Shown: positions 39,814 through 50,203 of the stretch, piece by piece
Numbering within the stretch: the stretch's first letter is position 1
Layout of the letters: the number at the start of each line of letters is the position of its first letter
Origin: Candidatus Micrarchaeota archaeon
Lineage (GTDB): Archaea > Micrarchaeota > Micrarchaeia > Anstonellales > Bilamarchaeaceae
Length of the DNA stretch: 51,077 nucleotides
Direction of reading: 5' to 3'
NCBI GenBank assembly: GCA_043809425.1
Contig: JAZDDV010000014.1
Span: 1-51,077 of the forward strand
Program-made: the position numbers and the translations under genes
The notes under the pieces: generated by a model
Seen by the model: only the letters and a program-made list of their open reading frames with translations
What the model was told of the DNA's origin: nothing
The model's database searches: none

Positions 39814-40143
39814 TTACTTAAGAAGAGAGACTCCAGCAGCCAGCAGCTCTTTCTTGGCAAGTTTCTTCTTTTTCAGCGACTCGCCTTCCTTCTTTGCCTT
39901 TTCCAGCAAGTTGCTTACGTCTCTTTCTATGGACTCGCGGCCCTCGGCCAGCTTTTTGTTCTTGAATTCCGTCGCTTCTTCGCCCATTTTTGACTTCTCT
40001 TCGGAAATTTTCTCGCGCGCATTGCGCAGGATTTTTTCGGCTTTTTCTTTCGCTTCTGCAATTAGACGGTCATGCTTCTCTTCCGTCGACCGTATTTCAT
40101 CAACGGTCTTCATTAAAACTGACTGACCCGGATTTTTTTCCAT
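39814..40143 (-). CDS. atpH: A-type ATP synthase subunit H (G-like peripheral stalk)
   Basis: Charged helix IAEAKEKAEKIL; first gene of the operon; start uncertain. Confidence 0.75.
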   Translation of the reverse strand: MEKNPGQSVLMKTVDEIRSTEEKHDRLIAEAKEKAEKILRNAREKISEEKSKMGEEATEFKNKKLAEGRESIERDVSNLLEKAKKEGESLKKKKLAKKELLAAGVSLLK

Positions 40144-40260
40144 GCTAACACCAGAACAAGTTGACTGATTCTTATACAATATGAAATGGTTTAAAAAGCT
40201 TATGCCTGCTGCCTGTTCTACGGCGTTGAGAATGCAGGATTACTGGAAAAAGATGACTGA

Positions 40261-40354
40261 AGATAGGGAAAATAAATCAGATGAAAAAGGAAAAATAATT
40301 AGAAATAAAAAATAGGAAAAAAAGGTAGAAAAGAAAAAGAAATAAAAAGAAAAA
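40261..40354 (-). terminator. oligo-T terminator tract downstream of the array (similar tracts follow each paralog and rpl15e)
   Basis: Long T-rich runs on the minus strand directly after the stop; also 42290-42339, 44210-44240, 46175-46196, 48165-48200 and 50145-50203. Confidence 0.6.
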
Positions 40355-42229
40355 TCAGCTGACCTGCACCTTCACGAATGCACCTGCATTGTACAGCGAC
40401 GGGTCATCGAAAGTCTGCAACACTTTCACCTTGCACGTGCCAAACACCGGGTCAGTGTAAGACGCTGTTGAGCCAGTCGTAATCTTGTCCTGAATCAATA
40501 TCAGGCCGTCCCAAGTGTTTTCGCGCACCGAGAAGATTGCTTTGTGCGTATCAGTCTCGAAACCTTCAATTCGCACAAACCAGATTGGACCGACCGGACA
40601 CTGTATAGCAGGGTAGAACCGGAAGTCAAGCATAGTAGGTTGTGCAGGAGGTGTCGCCGTAGTAGGCGTGATGTTTATTTTCGCCCACGAATTGCCAGCT
40701 GGATTATAGTAAGCCGGCATGGTCTCGTACACCTTTATCTGGTAGCGGTTGCCAGTGGAAATATTCCTGACTGCAGACCCGCCCTGCTTTATCTTTTCGT
40801 TGTTAAGCATTTGTGCTGCAACCTCATCTGCCAAATGCAGGCTCAAGTCATGGCTTGGAGTTTCGATACCATCATAAACCGCACTAATGTTTCCGTCACC
40901 CGAAAAGACAACTCCTCCGCCCGAATAGAGAACCTCTGCTGGCGGCAGTGCAGGGCTTATTGCGGCTGTCGGCACAGCGGGCTGCACCACGACCTTGGCC
41001 CAGGCGGCATTCGGATCTCCGTGCCCCAGGTATGAGTAACCGGTAGCGGTCTGCACCACTTTTATGCTGTATTTGCCGCCAGATGCATCTGGCAGGACAT
41101 TCCTTACGAAAGTCTGCCCTTCTCCGATTTTTTCCGTATAGATCGAATCACTTGTATTTCCGATTATAAGGTAGGCCTTGCGCGTATCTTTCTCAAAGTC
41201 GCGCAGGAGCATGACCAGCTCCGCACTCCCATAGAAGCTATTTAAGTAAACCAGGTCGTAGCTTGGGCTCTCGGTCGTTGCCACGTTCGGCACTATGTCA
41301 AACTTCGCCCAGGCGCCTTGGTAGTTCCCACTTAGAGCTGCTGCGCCTGCAGCCATCTTGATTAATTTTATTTGGTAGCGGTAGCCGCCGTTGCCTGAGC
41401 GCACCAGCGTCTGCCCTTCTTTTATCTTGTCATTTGCAAGCACATTACCGAGGCCATCTGTCAATGTGACGATGGCGCTGCGAGTTTCTGTTTCCAGGTC
41501 TGAAAGATATACGCGGGTGATAGCACCCCCAATATCATATTCTGTATAGTCCTGTACATAGACAACTTCGTAGTCATCGAAGTTCTGGCCGGAATTCGCC
41601 GGTTCAATCTTTATCTTAACTTTTCCCTGCGACCAGTCGTAGATTGGAAGGGAAGTCTGCATGACTGTTACCTTATAGAATTTTCCACTGAAGTTGCGGA
41701 CAACATTTGCTCCTTCCTTGACTTTTTCAATGCCATACGGCGTGCTGATTATCGCATCACGTGTTCCGACTTCAATGTCGTCAACGCTCACACCAACATT
41801 CCTGTCATTAATATAATAAATGAATAAATTTCGCGTAGTGAGCGACACGGTCACGGCGCTAACCTTAAGAGTTATGTTCGCCCAGCGGACGCCGCTTGCC
41901 GAGCTTGCCGCGGTTTCATGGACAGTTATGGAAATGTCACGGCCTGCAACGGTTTTCGTGACGGTCTTTCCCTCGGGAATCTCATCGAATGAAAGCATGT
42001 TGCCGTTATAAGACACGAGCGTTATCAGCGCGTTGTGCGTTGTCTGCTCAATATCATTCAGCACCAGCGTCAACGGCTCCACGTTATCATAGGGAAAGGT
42101 GGTGAAATTTTCACTCACGTTGACAATCTGGTTCATGCTGCCAGTGTAATAATAATCAGTTGGTGCTGCCGATGTAATCGAAACAGCCAAAATCCCAAAT
42201 ACCAAAACTAAGAATAGGTTTACTTTCAT
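40355..42229 (-). CDS. secreted six-repeat surface (S-layer-like) protein, paralog 1
   Basis: Signal peptide; six ~95-aa repeats D.E..T..A...KI.EG...Y.IKV.QT...WAK; many NxS/T sequons. Confidence 0.75.
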   Translation of the reverse strand: MKVNLFLVLVFGILAVSITSAAPTDYYYTGSMNQIVNVSENFTTFPYDNVEPLTLVLNDIEQTTHNALITLVSYNGNMLSFDEIPEGKTVTKTVAGRDISITVHETAASSASGVRWANITLKVSAVTVSLTTRNLFIYYINDRNVGVSVDDIEVGTRDAIISTPYGIEKVKEGANVVRNFSGKFYKVTVMQTSLPIYDWSQGKVKIKIEPANSGQNFDDYEVVYVQDYTEYDIGGAITRVYLSDLETETRSAIVTLTDGLGNVLANDKIKEGQTLVRSGNGGYRYQIKLIKMAAGAAALSGNYQGAWAKFDIVPNVATTESPSYDLVYLNSFYGSAELVMLLRDFEKDTRKAYLIIGNTSDSIYTEKIGEGQTFVRNVLPDASGGKYSIKVVQTATGYSYLGHGDPNAAWAKVVVQPAVPTAAISPALPPAEVLYSGGGVVFSGDGNISAVYDGIETPSHDLSLHLADEVAAQMLNNEKIKQGGSAVRNISTGNRYQIKVYETMPAYYNPAGNSWAKINITPTTATPPAQPTMLDFRFYPAIQCPVGPIWFVRIEGFETDTHKAIFSVRENTWDGLILIQDKITTGSTASYTDPVFGTCKVKVLQTFDDPSLYNAGAFVKVQVS

Positions 42230-42339
42230 ATAATCTCCCCTCTGGATTCAGCTAAGAAGAGGAGATTTAAAAGTCTTTCCGGCTGCGGAAAACAAGAGAA
42301 AAAAACAACAACGGAAAATAAAAATAAGAAAAAGAAAAA

Positions 42340-44160
42340 TCAGCTGACCTGCAGCCTTGCCCAGATGCTCTCTGCCGCGTAGGTGTAGCCGCCGGTTGTT
42401 TCCATGACCTTTATCCTGCACAGCGTGCCGCCAGCAGGAGAGATCGTAAATGTCTGGCCAACAGGAATCTTTGCCCTTTCATAAATGCTGCCACCCGGGT
42501 CAAGCACTGAAATGGCTGCTGCACCGTCTGCTTCTTCCATATCGTCCAGCCGGACATTGTATCCGGTCACAGGACAGGTAAGATACCGCTCATTTACAAG
42601 AGTAAGATTTCCCTGAACTGGTGTGACTCCGGAAGTTACCGGCTTTACGTTAAGCCTTGCCCACTTTGCGCCGAAGGTGTAGCCTGCTCCGGTCTGCAGC
42701 ACGCTTATCTGGTATTTGTTACCGTTGACATTGCGGACTACTGAACTGCCTTCCTTGACAAGGTCGCGGGACACTACCGAACCGTTTCCGGTATCGTAAA
42801 CTACAATTATTGCACCGCGAGTTTTGCTGTCCAAATCAATCAACCTTACGTTCTTGCTGCCATCAACTGGATAGAACTCGCCCTGGTTAAGCACGAAAGA
42901 GGTGTTGATAATCGGCGTAGCAGCTGCATTCGTAGGCGTTACAAGAACCTTTGCCCACTTTGCAGCGTAGGTGTAGCCTGCTGCTGTCTGCACTATCTTA
43001 ATAGAGTATTTTGTGCCGCTGACGTTGCGGACTACGCTTTGGCTTTCTGCGATCTTGTCCTTGTAGATAATGTTATCCGCTGGGTCAAGTATGGAAACCA
43101 ACGCCTTTCCTGTGCCTGATTCAAGATCATCAAGTTTCACCTTGAATCCATTGCTGAGAATATAGGATTCTCCCTGATTGAGCGTTGCGTTGATTGGGAT
43201 GACTGGAGCTGCTGTGGTTGTCGGGTCAACAGCAAACTTCACCCACTTCGCACCGAAAGTATAACCAGGCGCTGTCTGATAAACAGTTATTTTGAATTTC
43301 TGGCCGCCTATGTCTTTTATGATTGGTTTTCCTTCTGACACCTTTACCTTGAGAAGAACGTTGTCGTTTGCGTCAAGCACGCTGAAAACAGCGCTCTTGG
43401 TTCTTGGCTCCAGGTCGTCAAGCTTCAACTTGTAGGTACTGAACGGATAATTTTCCCCTTGATTGAGAACGTTATACAAGGCAGCAGGAGAGCCTGAATT
43501 AAGCTTTTCTATGCTGAGTTTTACGCGCTTTGCTCCGAACTGATAGCCTGCAGATGTCTGCAGAACCTTTATCCTATAAAGAGAACCGCTTACGTTGCGG
43601 ACTACATTCTGGCCTTCAGCGAGTTTATCTTTGGAAAGTACCGCGCCAAAGCAGTCTTCGGTACTTAGAATTGCGCTTCTTGTGCCGACTTCCAGGTCGT
43701 TAACGCGCACACACGCTGTAGAACCTGGTACGTTATAAACTGCAATTGAGTCGACATCAACAACAACAGAAACTACCTGTACGCTGATAGTCGCCCAGGA
43801 AGCGTTCTCGGCGAATTCATAGCCTGCCGCAGTCTTGCCGACAGTTATTTTATATTCTGTCGAACCCACTGTGCGGGTAATGCTTTTCCCTTCTGCGATT
43901 TCTTCCTGCAGAGGAACAAGGCTGCCAGGCGCTATAATAGAAATAAGCGCGCTGTGCGATGTCGCTTCCACATCGTCAAGCCGTAGGACTGTATTACATG
44001 GGTCGCATGGAACACTTCCGACATAGTGGTCATCCAGCGTCAGGTTTCCGCCTATATTCACCTGCTCGGTCTTATTACCGACCCATGGCTCGTAGTCCTG
44101 TGCGCAGACCATGCCAAACAGCAATCCCAATACTAATGTAAAGATTATGTTGCCTCTCAT
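42340..44160 (-). CDS. secreted six-repeat surface (S-layer-like) protein, paralog 2
   Basis: Signal peptide; six repeats, mostly ending T(A/S/G)(A/P)GY.(F/Y)..KW. Confidence 0.75.
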   Translation of the reverse strand: MRGNIIFTLVLGLLFGMVCAQDYEPWVGNKTEQVNIGGNLTLDDHYVGSVPCDPCNTVLRLDDVEATSHSALISIIAPGSLVPLQEEIAEGKSITRTVGSTEYKITVGKTAAGYEFAENASWATISVQVVSVVVDVDSIAVYNVPGSTACVRVNDLEVGTRSAILSTEDCFGAVLSKDKLAEGQNVVRNVSGSLYRIKVLQTSAGYQFGAKRVKLSIEKLNSGSPAALYNVLNQGENYPFSTYKLKLDDLEPRTKSAVFSVLDANDNVLLKVKVSEGKPIIKDIGGQKFKITVYQTAPGYTFGAKWVKFAVDPTTTAAPVIPINATLNQGESYILSNGFKVKLDDLESGTGKALVSILDPADNIIYKDKIAESQSVVRNVSGTKYSIKIVQTAAGYTYAAKWAKVLVTPTNAAATPIINTSFVLNQGEFYPVDGSKNVRLIDLDSKTRGAIIVVYDTGNGSVVSRDLVKEGSSVVRNVNGNKYQISVLQTGAGYTFGAKWARLNVKPVTSGVTPVQGNLTLVNERYLTCPVTGYNVRLDDMEEADGAAAISVLDPGGSIYERAKIPVGQTFTISPAGGTLCRIKVMETTGGYTYAAESIWARLQVS

Positions 44161-44240
44161 GGTTAGAATTAGGTGTGAAAACGTTTAAAAAGCCTTCTGA
44201 AATGTGGATGAAAGAGAAAAAATAAGAAAAAAGAAAAAAA

Positions 44241-46130
44241 CTAGTTGACTACCATCTTCGCCCATACGCCAACTATGTAAAATGGTTCATCGGCAGTCTG
44301 GACCACCTTGACAGTGCAGTTTCCGTTCACCGGATCGCGGTATGTCACAGTGCCTCCTACTGCAACCTTATCCTGGAATAGCGTGGTAAAGCCAAAATCG
44401 CGCAGCGATATTATCGCCTTGTGCGATATTGGTTCAACGCCGTCCAGAAAGACAAGCATGCTGGCGTTCTGGCATGATATGGGAGTTGGATAAGATATTG
44501 GCCACATGGTAGTCACAGAATAGTTGACGCTCTCGGCAGCGGTGGTATTCACGAATGTTACCTTCGCCCAGCCCAGGTAAACGTTCTTATAATAGCCAGG
44601 CGCGCTTTCCAGCAGCTTTAGCGCGTATTTGTTGCCGGCGATTTTTCTTACCACCGTACTGCCCACTTTCACTTTGTCGACAGATACGCGCGGTGATGGT
44701 ATGGACTGCACATAGAATGTGGCGTCATGGCTTACTGGCTCTATGCCCTCAAAATATGCCCATACATTGAGATCGGGTGAAAGGACGCGCGTATCAAAAT
44801 TGAGCACAGTGGCGTTGAGAGGCGCCGGGCTGACTGCTGCGCTAGTTGGCGCTATGACCATTTTTGCCCAGGCAGCAGAGGGATTACTGGTAAGGTCATA
44901 CGAATAACCTGCAGCTGTCTGCATTACTTTTATGCTGTATTTCGTTCCGCTTACATTGCGCACAATAGTCTGGCCTTCGCCGATTTTTTCATAGTAAAGC
45001 GTATCAGTCGAATTTGAGATATTGACCAATGCTTTTCTTGTATCCTGTTCCAGGTTCAGCAGTTGGACATATATGCCACCCGTATTAGCCACACTGCCTA
45101 TCGAAGTAGCATTATAGTACGGGCTTTCCGCTGCTGTCACGTTCGGTACAATGTCAAGCTTGGCCCATGAACCAATCTCGAAGCCCACTGCCGGCATGCC
45201 TGCACCTGCTGCCGTTTTAATAACCTTTATCTGGTAGCGGTAGTTGCCTACGCCTTTGCGCACGAGTATCTGATTTTCCTTGACTTTGTCCAGTGCAAGG
45301 ACAGAGCCGTTCTCATCTGACACCTCGATTATCGCACTCTTGGTTTCTGTTTCCAAATCTATCAGGCGTATGTATGTTACCGCACCGCTAAGGTTAGCCA
45401 TCATAGTCGGCGAACCGCCGTTAAGAAGAAGAGAATAGTTGTCAAAACCAGTTCCGCCAGATGAAACACGCTCTACCTTCAGCTTAGTATTACTCGAAGA
45501 CCAGTAGTTTGGCGAAGCCAAGCTAGTCTGCATGACGGTTATCTTGTAGGACTGGTTATTTATTTTTCTCACTATATTGCCCCCTTCCTTGATCTTATCA
45601 GGGCGCTCACTGCTGTCAGTAAGTATCCAGATAACCGCATCACGGCTGCCTACTTCGATATCCACGGGACACACATAAAAGTCAGGTGGAACTGTAGGAT
45701 AGCCCGGATTTGGATAGTTCACAACATAGATAAAACAAGAGCTTTGGTTTACGTTTCTGGTGAGCGCTAGCGTCTTGAGCGTGATATTGGCCCAGCGGTT
45801 CGTGCCAGTAGAAACGCTGCTATCAGCAACCTTGTTAACAGTTATGCTGATGTCGTTGCCTGCGATGGTCCGGGTTATTGTCCTGCCTTCTGCGATTTCC
45901 TCCTTTGCCAAAATTGCACCGGTTGCGCCGTCAGATAGCGTAATCAACGCATTGTGCGTTGTCGGCTCCAGATCAGTAAGGTACAGGTCCAAGCTGCCGT
46001 CGTCCAACGTTAGTGACAAACCGTCAACAGCCACTATGCCATTCGCTGTCTCGAAAACCGGCGAAGCTGCTGCGCACAATGAAATCGCTAAAATCCCAAA
46101 TACCAGAATTAAGAACAGGTTGCTTCTCAT
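44241..46130 (-). CDS. secreted six-repeat surface (S-layer-like) protein, paralog 3
   Basis: Same repeat scaffold and signal peptide. Confidence 0.75.
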   Translation of the reverse strand: MRSNLFLILVFGILAISLCAAASPVFETANGIVAVDGLSLTLDDGSLDLYLTDLEPTTHNALITLSDGATGAILAKEEIAEGRTITRTIAGNDISITVNKVADSSVSTGTNRWANITLKTLALTRNVNQSSCFIYVVNYPNPGYPTVPPDFYVCPVDIEVGSRDAVIWILTDSSERPDKIKEGGNIVRKINNQSYKITVMQTSLASPNYWSSSNTKLKVERVSSGGTGFDNYSLLLNGGSPTMMANLSGAVTYIRLIDLETETKSAIIEVSDENGSVLALDKVKENQILVRKGVGNYRYQIKVIKTAAGAGMPAVGFEIGSWAKLDIVPNVTAAESPYYNATSIGSVANTGGIYVQLLNLEQDTRKALVNISNSTDTLYYEKIGEGQTIVRNVSGTKYSIKVMQTAAGYSYDLTSNPSAAWAKMVIAPTSAAVSPAPLNATVLNFDTRVLSPDLNVWAYFEGIEPVSHDATFYVQSIPSPRVSVDKVKVGSTVVRKIAGNKYALKLLESAPGYYKNVYLGWAKVTFVNTTAAESVNYSVTTMWPISYPTPISCQNASMLVFLDGVEPISHKAIISLRDFGFTTLFQDKVAVGGTVTYRDPVNGNCTVKVVQTADEPFYIVGVWAKMVVN

Positions 46131-46196
46131 GGATTTGCCTATGAAGACGATATTTAAAAGTCTTTCGAGAAAGCTAAAAAAGAAGAAAAGAAAAAA

Positions 46197-48119
46197 CTAG
46201 CTGACGACAAGCTTGGCCCACGCGCCGGCGGGGAAGTAGGTGTAGTCGTCAAAAGTCTGCACTACCTTCACTGTGCAGTTGGCGAAGCCAGGGAAATTGT
46301 ATTTTTTCGTGCTGCCTATGGCGAGCTTGTCCTGGTATATCAAGCCACCGCCGAAAGAGGAATTGTACACATTGATTATCGGCTTATGCGTTCCGGTTTC
46401 AAGGCCGAAGAACACAATCACCAGATCTCCGCTGGGACAGTACGCTGGAGTACCCATAAAGCCAATCGTGGTATAGTTGACTGCCGCCGCAGCAGTTGAG
46501 TTTTGCATTCCTATCTTTGCCCAGCCAAGAACCGGCACGCCGGCCCCGTTGGTATAATAACCAGGCGCAGTCTGATACACGCTTATTTTGTATCTGTTGC
46601 CAACTATCCCTCTCACCACTGAGCTTCCGGCCTTCACAGAATCAAAAAACGCCGGGGGCCCAGCCATCAGATCAAGTGTTTCGATCGAGGCTTCGTGGCT
46701 TACTGGCGCAAGACCATAGACGTACGCGACCATGGTAGGAGTAAACGGGTCGTTAACTATGTAATCGCCCAACGGAACCGCAGTGTAGTTTATAACCGGC
46801 GGACTGATTGCAGCTGTTGGCAACGCCGGAGCCAGAATGAACTTTGCCCAGGCCTTATACGCAAAGGGGGCAACATCGTACGAGTAACCGGTTGCAACCT
46901 GCGCAACTTTTATGCTGTACTTCGTGCCGCTTACGTTGCGAACCATGGTCTGCCCTTCTGCGATGGTCTCGTTGTAAAGCAGTAGCGGACCAGCTGTTGT
47001 ATAAATCTCCACCATCGCCTTGCGCGTGTCCCGCTCGAAATTGACAAGCTTCACACGCATGGAGCCTATCGATGCGCTGTCGTAGATAAATGTTACCGGG
47101 GAAGTCGCGGTCAGCGGATTGCTGCTTGGCGCAGTCACGTTTAATTTAGCCCACACGCCAACCGGGTAGCCAACTGAAGACGCGCCGCCGCCGGCAGCTA
47201 CCTGGATATTCTTTATGGTATAGAGATAACCGCCAACGCCTACCACCACGATTGTCTGTCCTTCTTTTACTTTCTCATTGGCGATTACGGTGCCGTTTTC
47301 ATCGAGCATGAAAAATATCGCGCTGCGCGTTTCCTTTTCGATGTCTGCTAAACGGATGGTAGTGTAGGCGCCGCTTATGTTATATTCCAACAGATCAAAC
47401 CAGGATAAGAAGTTATAGTTATTCGGGTTTGTGCCAGACGTCGCAGGCTCTATTTTTATTTTGGCGCGCCCGTTCATCCAGTTGGTCGAAGTATAGAAGG
47501 GCACTGCTGCTGGATAAGTCTGCATTACGGTTATCTTGTAGTACTTGCCACTTATGTTCCGCGTTATGCTCCCGCCGGATTTTATCTTCTCGTGATAGGC
47601 AGGAGGGTTGAAAGGATCAAGAATCTGAATGATTGCATCATTGGTGCCGGCTTCGATATCATCAAGATATACCCAGAAAACAGCAGGACTGGCGCTATCA
47701 TTGTAATAAAAATTCGGCGATACCGAAATAGGCACTGTGATTGCGTTTATGCTGAGGGTGACATTCGCCCACGGCGGCAGGGCAGTAAACGAAGGCTCTG
47801 CAGTCTTGTGCACCGTAATGGAGATATCTGCTCCGGATAGGGCCTTGGTGAGCGTCTGCCCTTCTTTTACCTCATCCATGGAAAGGATGGTATCGCAGGA
47901 ATCTTTTATTGTCATAAGCGCGCTGTGCGTAGTCGGATTGATGCCATTCAGATAGACTACGAAATTACCGTCAGCGCTTGCAATGGAAGTTCCGCCCGTA
48001 TCTATGATGCCGTTGACTTTTTCGATTGAATTCGGCGACGGCAACGGACAGCTAATTGCATAGCATGCAGAAATCGCTAAAATCCCAAATATCAGAATCA
48101 AGAATAGGTTGCTTCTCAT
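46197..48119 (-). CDS. secreted six-repeat surface (S-layer-like) protein, paralog 4
   Basis: Same repeat scaffold and signal peptide. Confidence 0.75.
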   Translation of the reverse strand: MRSNLFLILIFGILAISACYAISCPLPSPNSIEKVNGIIDTGGTSIASADGNFVVYLNGINPTTHSALMTIKDSCDTILSMDEVKEGQTLTKALSGADISITVHKTAEPSFTALPPWANVTLSINAITVPISVSPNFYYNDSASPAVFWVYLDDIEAGTNDAIIQILDPFNPPAYHEKIKSGGSITRNISGKYYKITVMQTYPAAVPFYTSTNWMNGRAKIKIEPATSGTNPNNYNFLSWFDLLEYNISGAYTTIRLADIEKETRSAIFFMLDENGTVIANEKVKEGQTIVVVGVGGYLYTIKNIQVAAGGGASSVGYPVGVWAKLNVTAPSSNPLTATSPVTFIYDSASIGSMRVKLVNFERDTRKAMVEIYTTAGPLLLYNETIAEGQTMVRNVSGTKYSIKVAQVATGYSYDVAPFAYKAWAKFILAPALPTAAISPPVINYTAVPLGDYIVNDPFTPTMVAYVYGLAPVSHEASIETLDLMAGPPAFFDSVKAGSSVVRGIVGNRYKISVYQTAPGYYTNGAGVPVLGWAKIGMQNSTAAAAVNYTTIGFMGTPAYCPSGDLVIVFFGLETGTHKPIINVYNSSFGGGLIYQDKLAIGSTKKYNFPGFANCTVKVVQTFDDYTYFPAGAWAKLVVS

Positions 48120-48200
48120 GGATTTGCATAAGAAGACGATATTTAAAAGTCTTTCTGGAACGGTTGAAAAATAAGTAAAAAAATAAGAAAAAAGAAAAAA

Positions 48201-50081
48201 CTAGTTGACTACCATCTTTGCCCAGATGCCTGGCGGGAAAAACGGATCGTCTGCGGTCTGTACGACTTTTACGCTGCAGTTCCCGTAGTCCTCAATGCGG
48301 TAAAGCGTAGTGGCGCCAACTGCAACCTTGTCATACCGCAGGATATCTCCGCTTGAGGCATTGCGCAGCGAAATCAGCGGCTTGCGCGTAACCGTCTCAA
48401 GACCATCAAGCGAAACGTTCATCTCCCCGTTTGCGCATGTGATCTGCGGCATTCCAGCTGGACCGGTTGCCGTATAGTTAACCGTCTGTGCCGCAGTAGT
48501 GGTCTGTATGCTCATCTTTGCCCAGCTACTCGGGCCAGAGTAGTAAGGCGGAGCAGTAGATTGCACCTTTATCAGGTAATTCTGGCTTCCAACGCGCCTT
48601 ACAACAGAACCGCCTGCCTTGACCTTGTCGATGGATATCAACATTGGCGGACCACTTGTGTCATAGACATACAGTGTCGCGTCATGGGACACCGGCTCCA
48701 TACCGTAAAGCAATATTGCCAGATTAAAGTCATCTGAGTACAGTACCCCAGGGAAGAAAACAGTAGTGTAGTTCGCAGTCGACGTTATTGCGGCAGTCGA
48801 CGGCTTCAACTCGAACTTTGCCCAGGTTGCATTTTCATTCCCAGTATAGCTATACGAATAGCCGGTAGCAGCACTAACCAGCTTTATGCTGTATTTGCCG
48901 GTGCTTGTGTTTCTGACAATCGTCTGGCCTTCTGCGATGGTCTCATTGCCGATGTTGTCCATGCCGTCATACAGGATGACCAGCGCTTTGCGCGTGTCCT
49001 TTTCGAAATTAGCCAGGACAACAGTCAACGAACCGCGACTGACACCGCCGTCAAGTTGTGCAAGCTGGCAATCCGGAAGAACACACACCGGACTTTCTGC
49101 GGCCGTGGTACCAGGCACAATTTGAAATTTAGCCCACGCACCTTGGTTGTTCCCCTGGGCAGGCATGCCTGAGCCAGCGCCTATCTTTATTGTCTTTATC
49201 TGGAATTTATAGCCGCCTGCGCCTGTGCGCACCAGCGTCTGCCCTTCTTTTATTTTCTCCTGCGCGATGATGTTATCGCTGCTATCAAGCAATGAGATTA
49301 TCGCACTTCTTGTTTCTGTTTCCAAATCATCAAGTCTGATCTTGGTTATCGCACCGCCGCCCATATCATACTCGAGCGGAGAGTAGTTAACCCACGTTAG
49401 ATTGTAGATATTGGTATCAAAATCCGTGCCTGAATTGACCCGCTCTATTTTTAGCTTTGCCCTGTTCCTATTCCATAGGGATAGTGAAACTGGAGAAACC
49501 TGCATCACGGTTATTTTATAGGCATTGCCGCAGATATTTCTCGTAATGCTTCCGCCTTCTTTAACTTTCTCATAACCCCAATCGCCGCACATGGAATCTA
49601 TAGCGAGCAATGCATCGCCTGTTGTAACTTCAACGTCCTTAAACATCACAATAACCGGTACTATGCTATAGTCGTAAACACCAAGGTCGTCTACGGTTTT
49701 TGTAGAAGAAAGTACTGCAAGCGTTATGTTAGCCCACGGAACAGGACCTGTTTCCCAGCTTGGCTGCGCAGTCTTATGCACAGTAATAGTAATATCAGCA
49801 CCGGAAAGTGTCCTGGAAAGCGACTTGCCTTCTGCGATGTCCTCCACGGCAATTAAATCCCCGTTATAGCTGTAGACGCTGACAAGTGCACTGTGCGTCT
49901 TCGGGTCTATCCCATCCAAAGCAAGCGTGAAGATGTTATCCGTTGTCGTCAACCCAGAACCGACTTGCAATACCGAATTAATCTTCTCTATATAACTCGG
50001 CGTAGTAGGCGGTGGAGCTGCTGCGCATAATGAAATCGCTAAAATCCCAAATACCAGAACTAAGAATAGGTTTACTTTCAT
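48201..50081 (-). CDS. secreted six-repeat surface (S-layer-like) protein, paralog 5
   Basis: Same repeat scaffold and signal peptide. Confidence 0.75.
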   Translation of the reverse strand: MKVNLFLVLVFGILAISLCAAAPPPTTPSYIEKINSVLQVGSGLTTTDNIFTLALDGIDPKTHSALVSVYSYNGDLIAVEDIAEGKSLSRTLSGADITITVHKTAQPSWETGPVPWANITLAVLSSTKTVDDLGVYDYSIVPVIVMFKDVEVTTGDALLAIDSMCGDWGYEKVKEGGSITRNICGNAYKITVMQVSPVSLSLWNRNRAKLKIERVNSGTDFDTNIYNLTWVNYSPLEYDMGGGAITKIRLDDLETETRSAIISLLDSSDNIIAQEKIKEGQTLVRTGAGGYKFQIKTIKIGAGSGMPAQGNNQGAWAKFQIVPGTTAAESPVCVLPDCQLAQLDGGVSRGSLTVVLANFEKDTRKALVILYDGMDNIGNETIAEGQTIVRNTSTGKYSIKLVSAATGYSYSYTGNENATWAKFELKPSTAAITSTANYTTVFFPGVLYSDDFNLAILLYGMEPVSHDATLYVYDTSGPPMLISIDKVKAGGSVVRRVGSQNYLIKVQSTAPPYYSGPSSWAKMSIQTTTAAQTVNYTATGPAGMPQITCANGEMNVSLDGLETVTRKPLISLRNASSGDILRYDKVAVGATTLYRIEDYGNCSVKVVQTADDPFFPPGIWAKMVVN

Positions 50082-50203
50082 ATTATCTCCTCTCTAATTC
50101 CAGCTAAGAAGAGGAGGTTTAAAATAGTTTCTTTAAAGCTACACGAAAAAACAGCAAAAAACAACTACGAAAGAAATAGAAAAATAAGAAAGAAAAAGAA
50201 AAA

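Noticed and set aside
40355-50081. Diversity-generating retroelement driving the array
   Set aside because: No reverse transcriptase and no template/variable repeat pair with adenine-specific mismatches seen in the window; differences include many indels.
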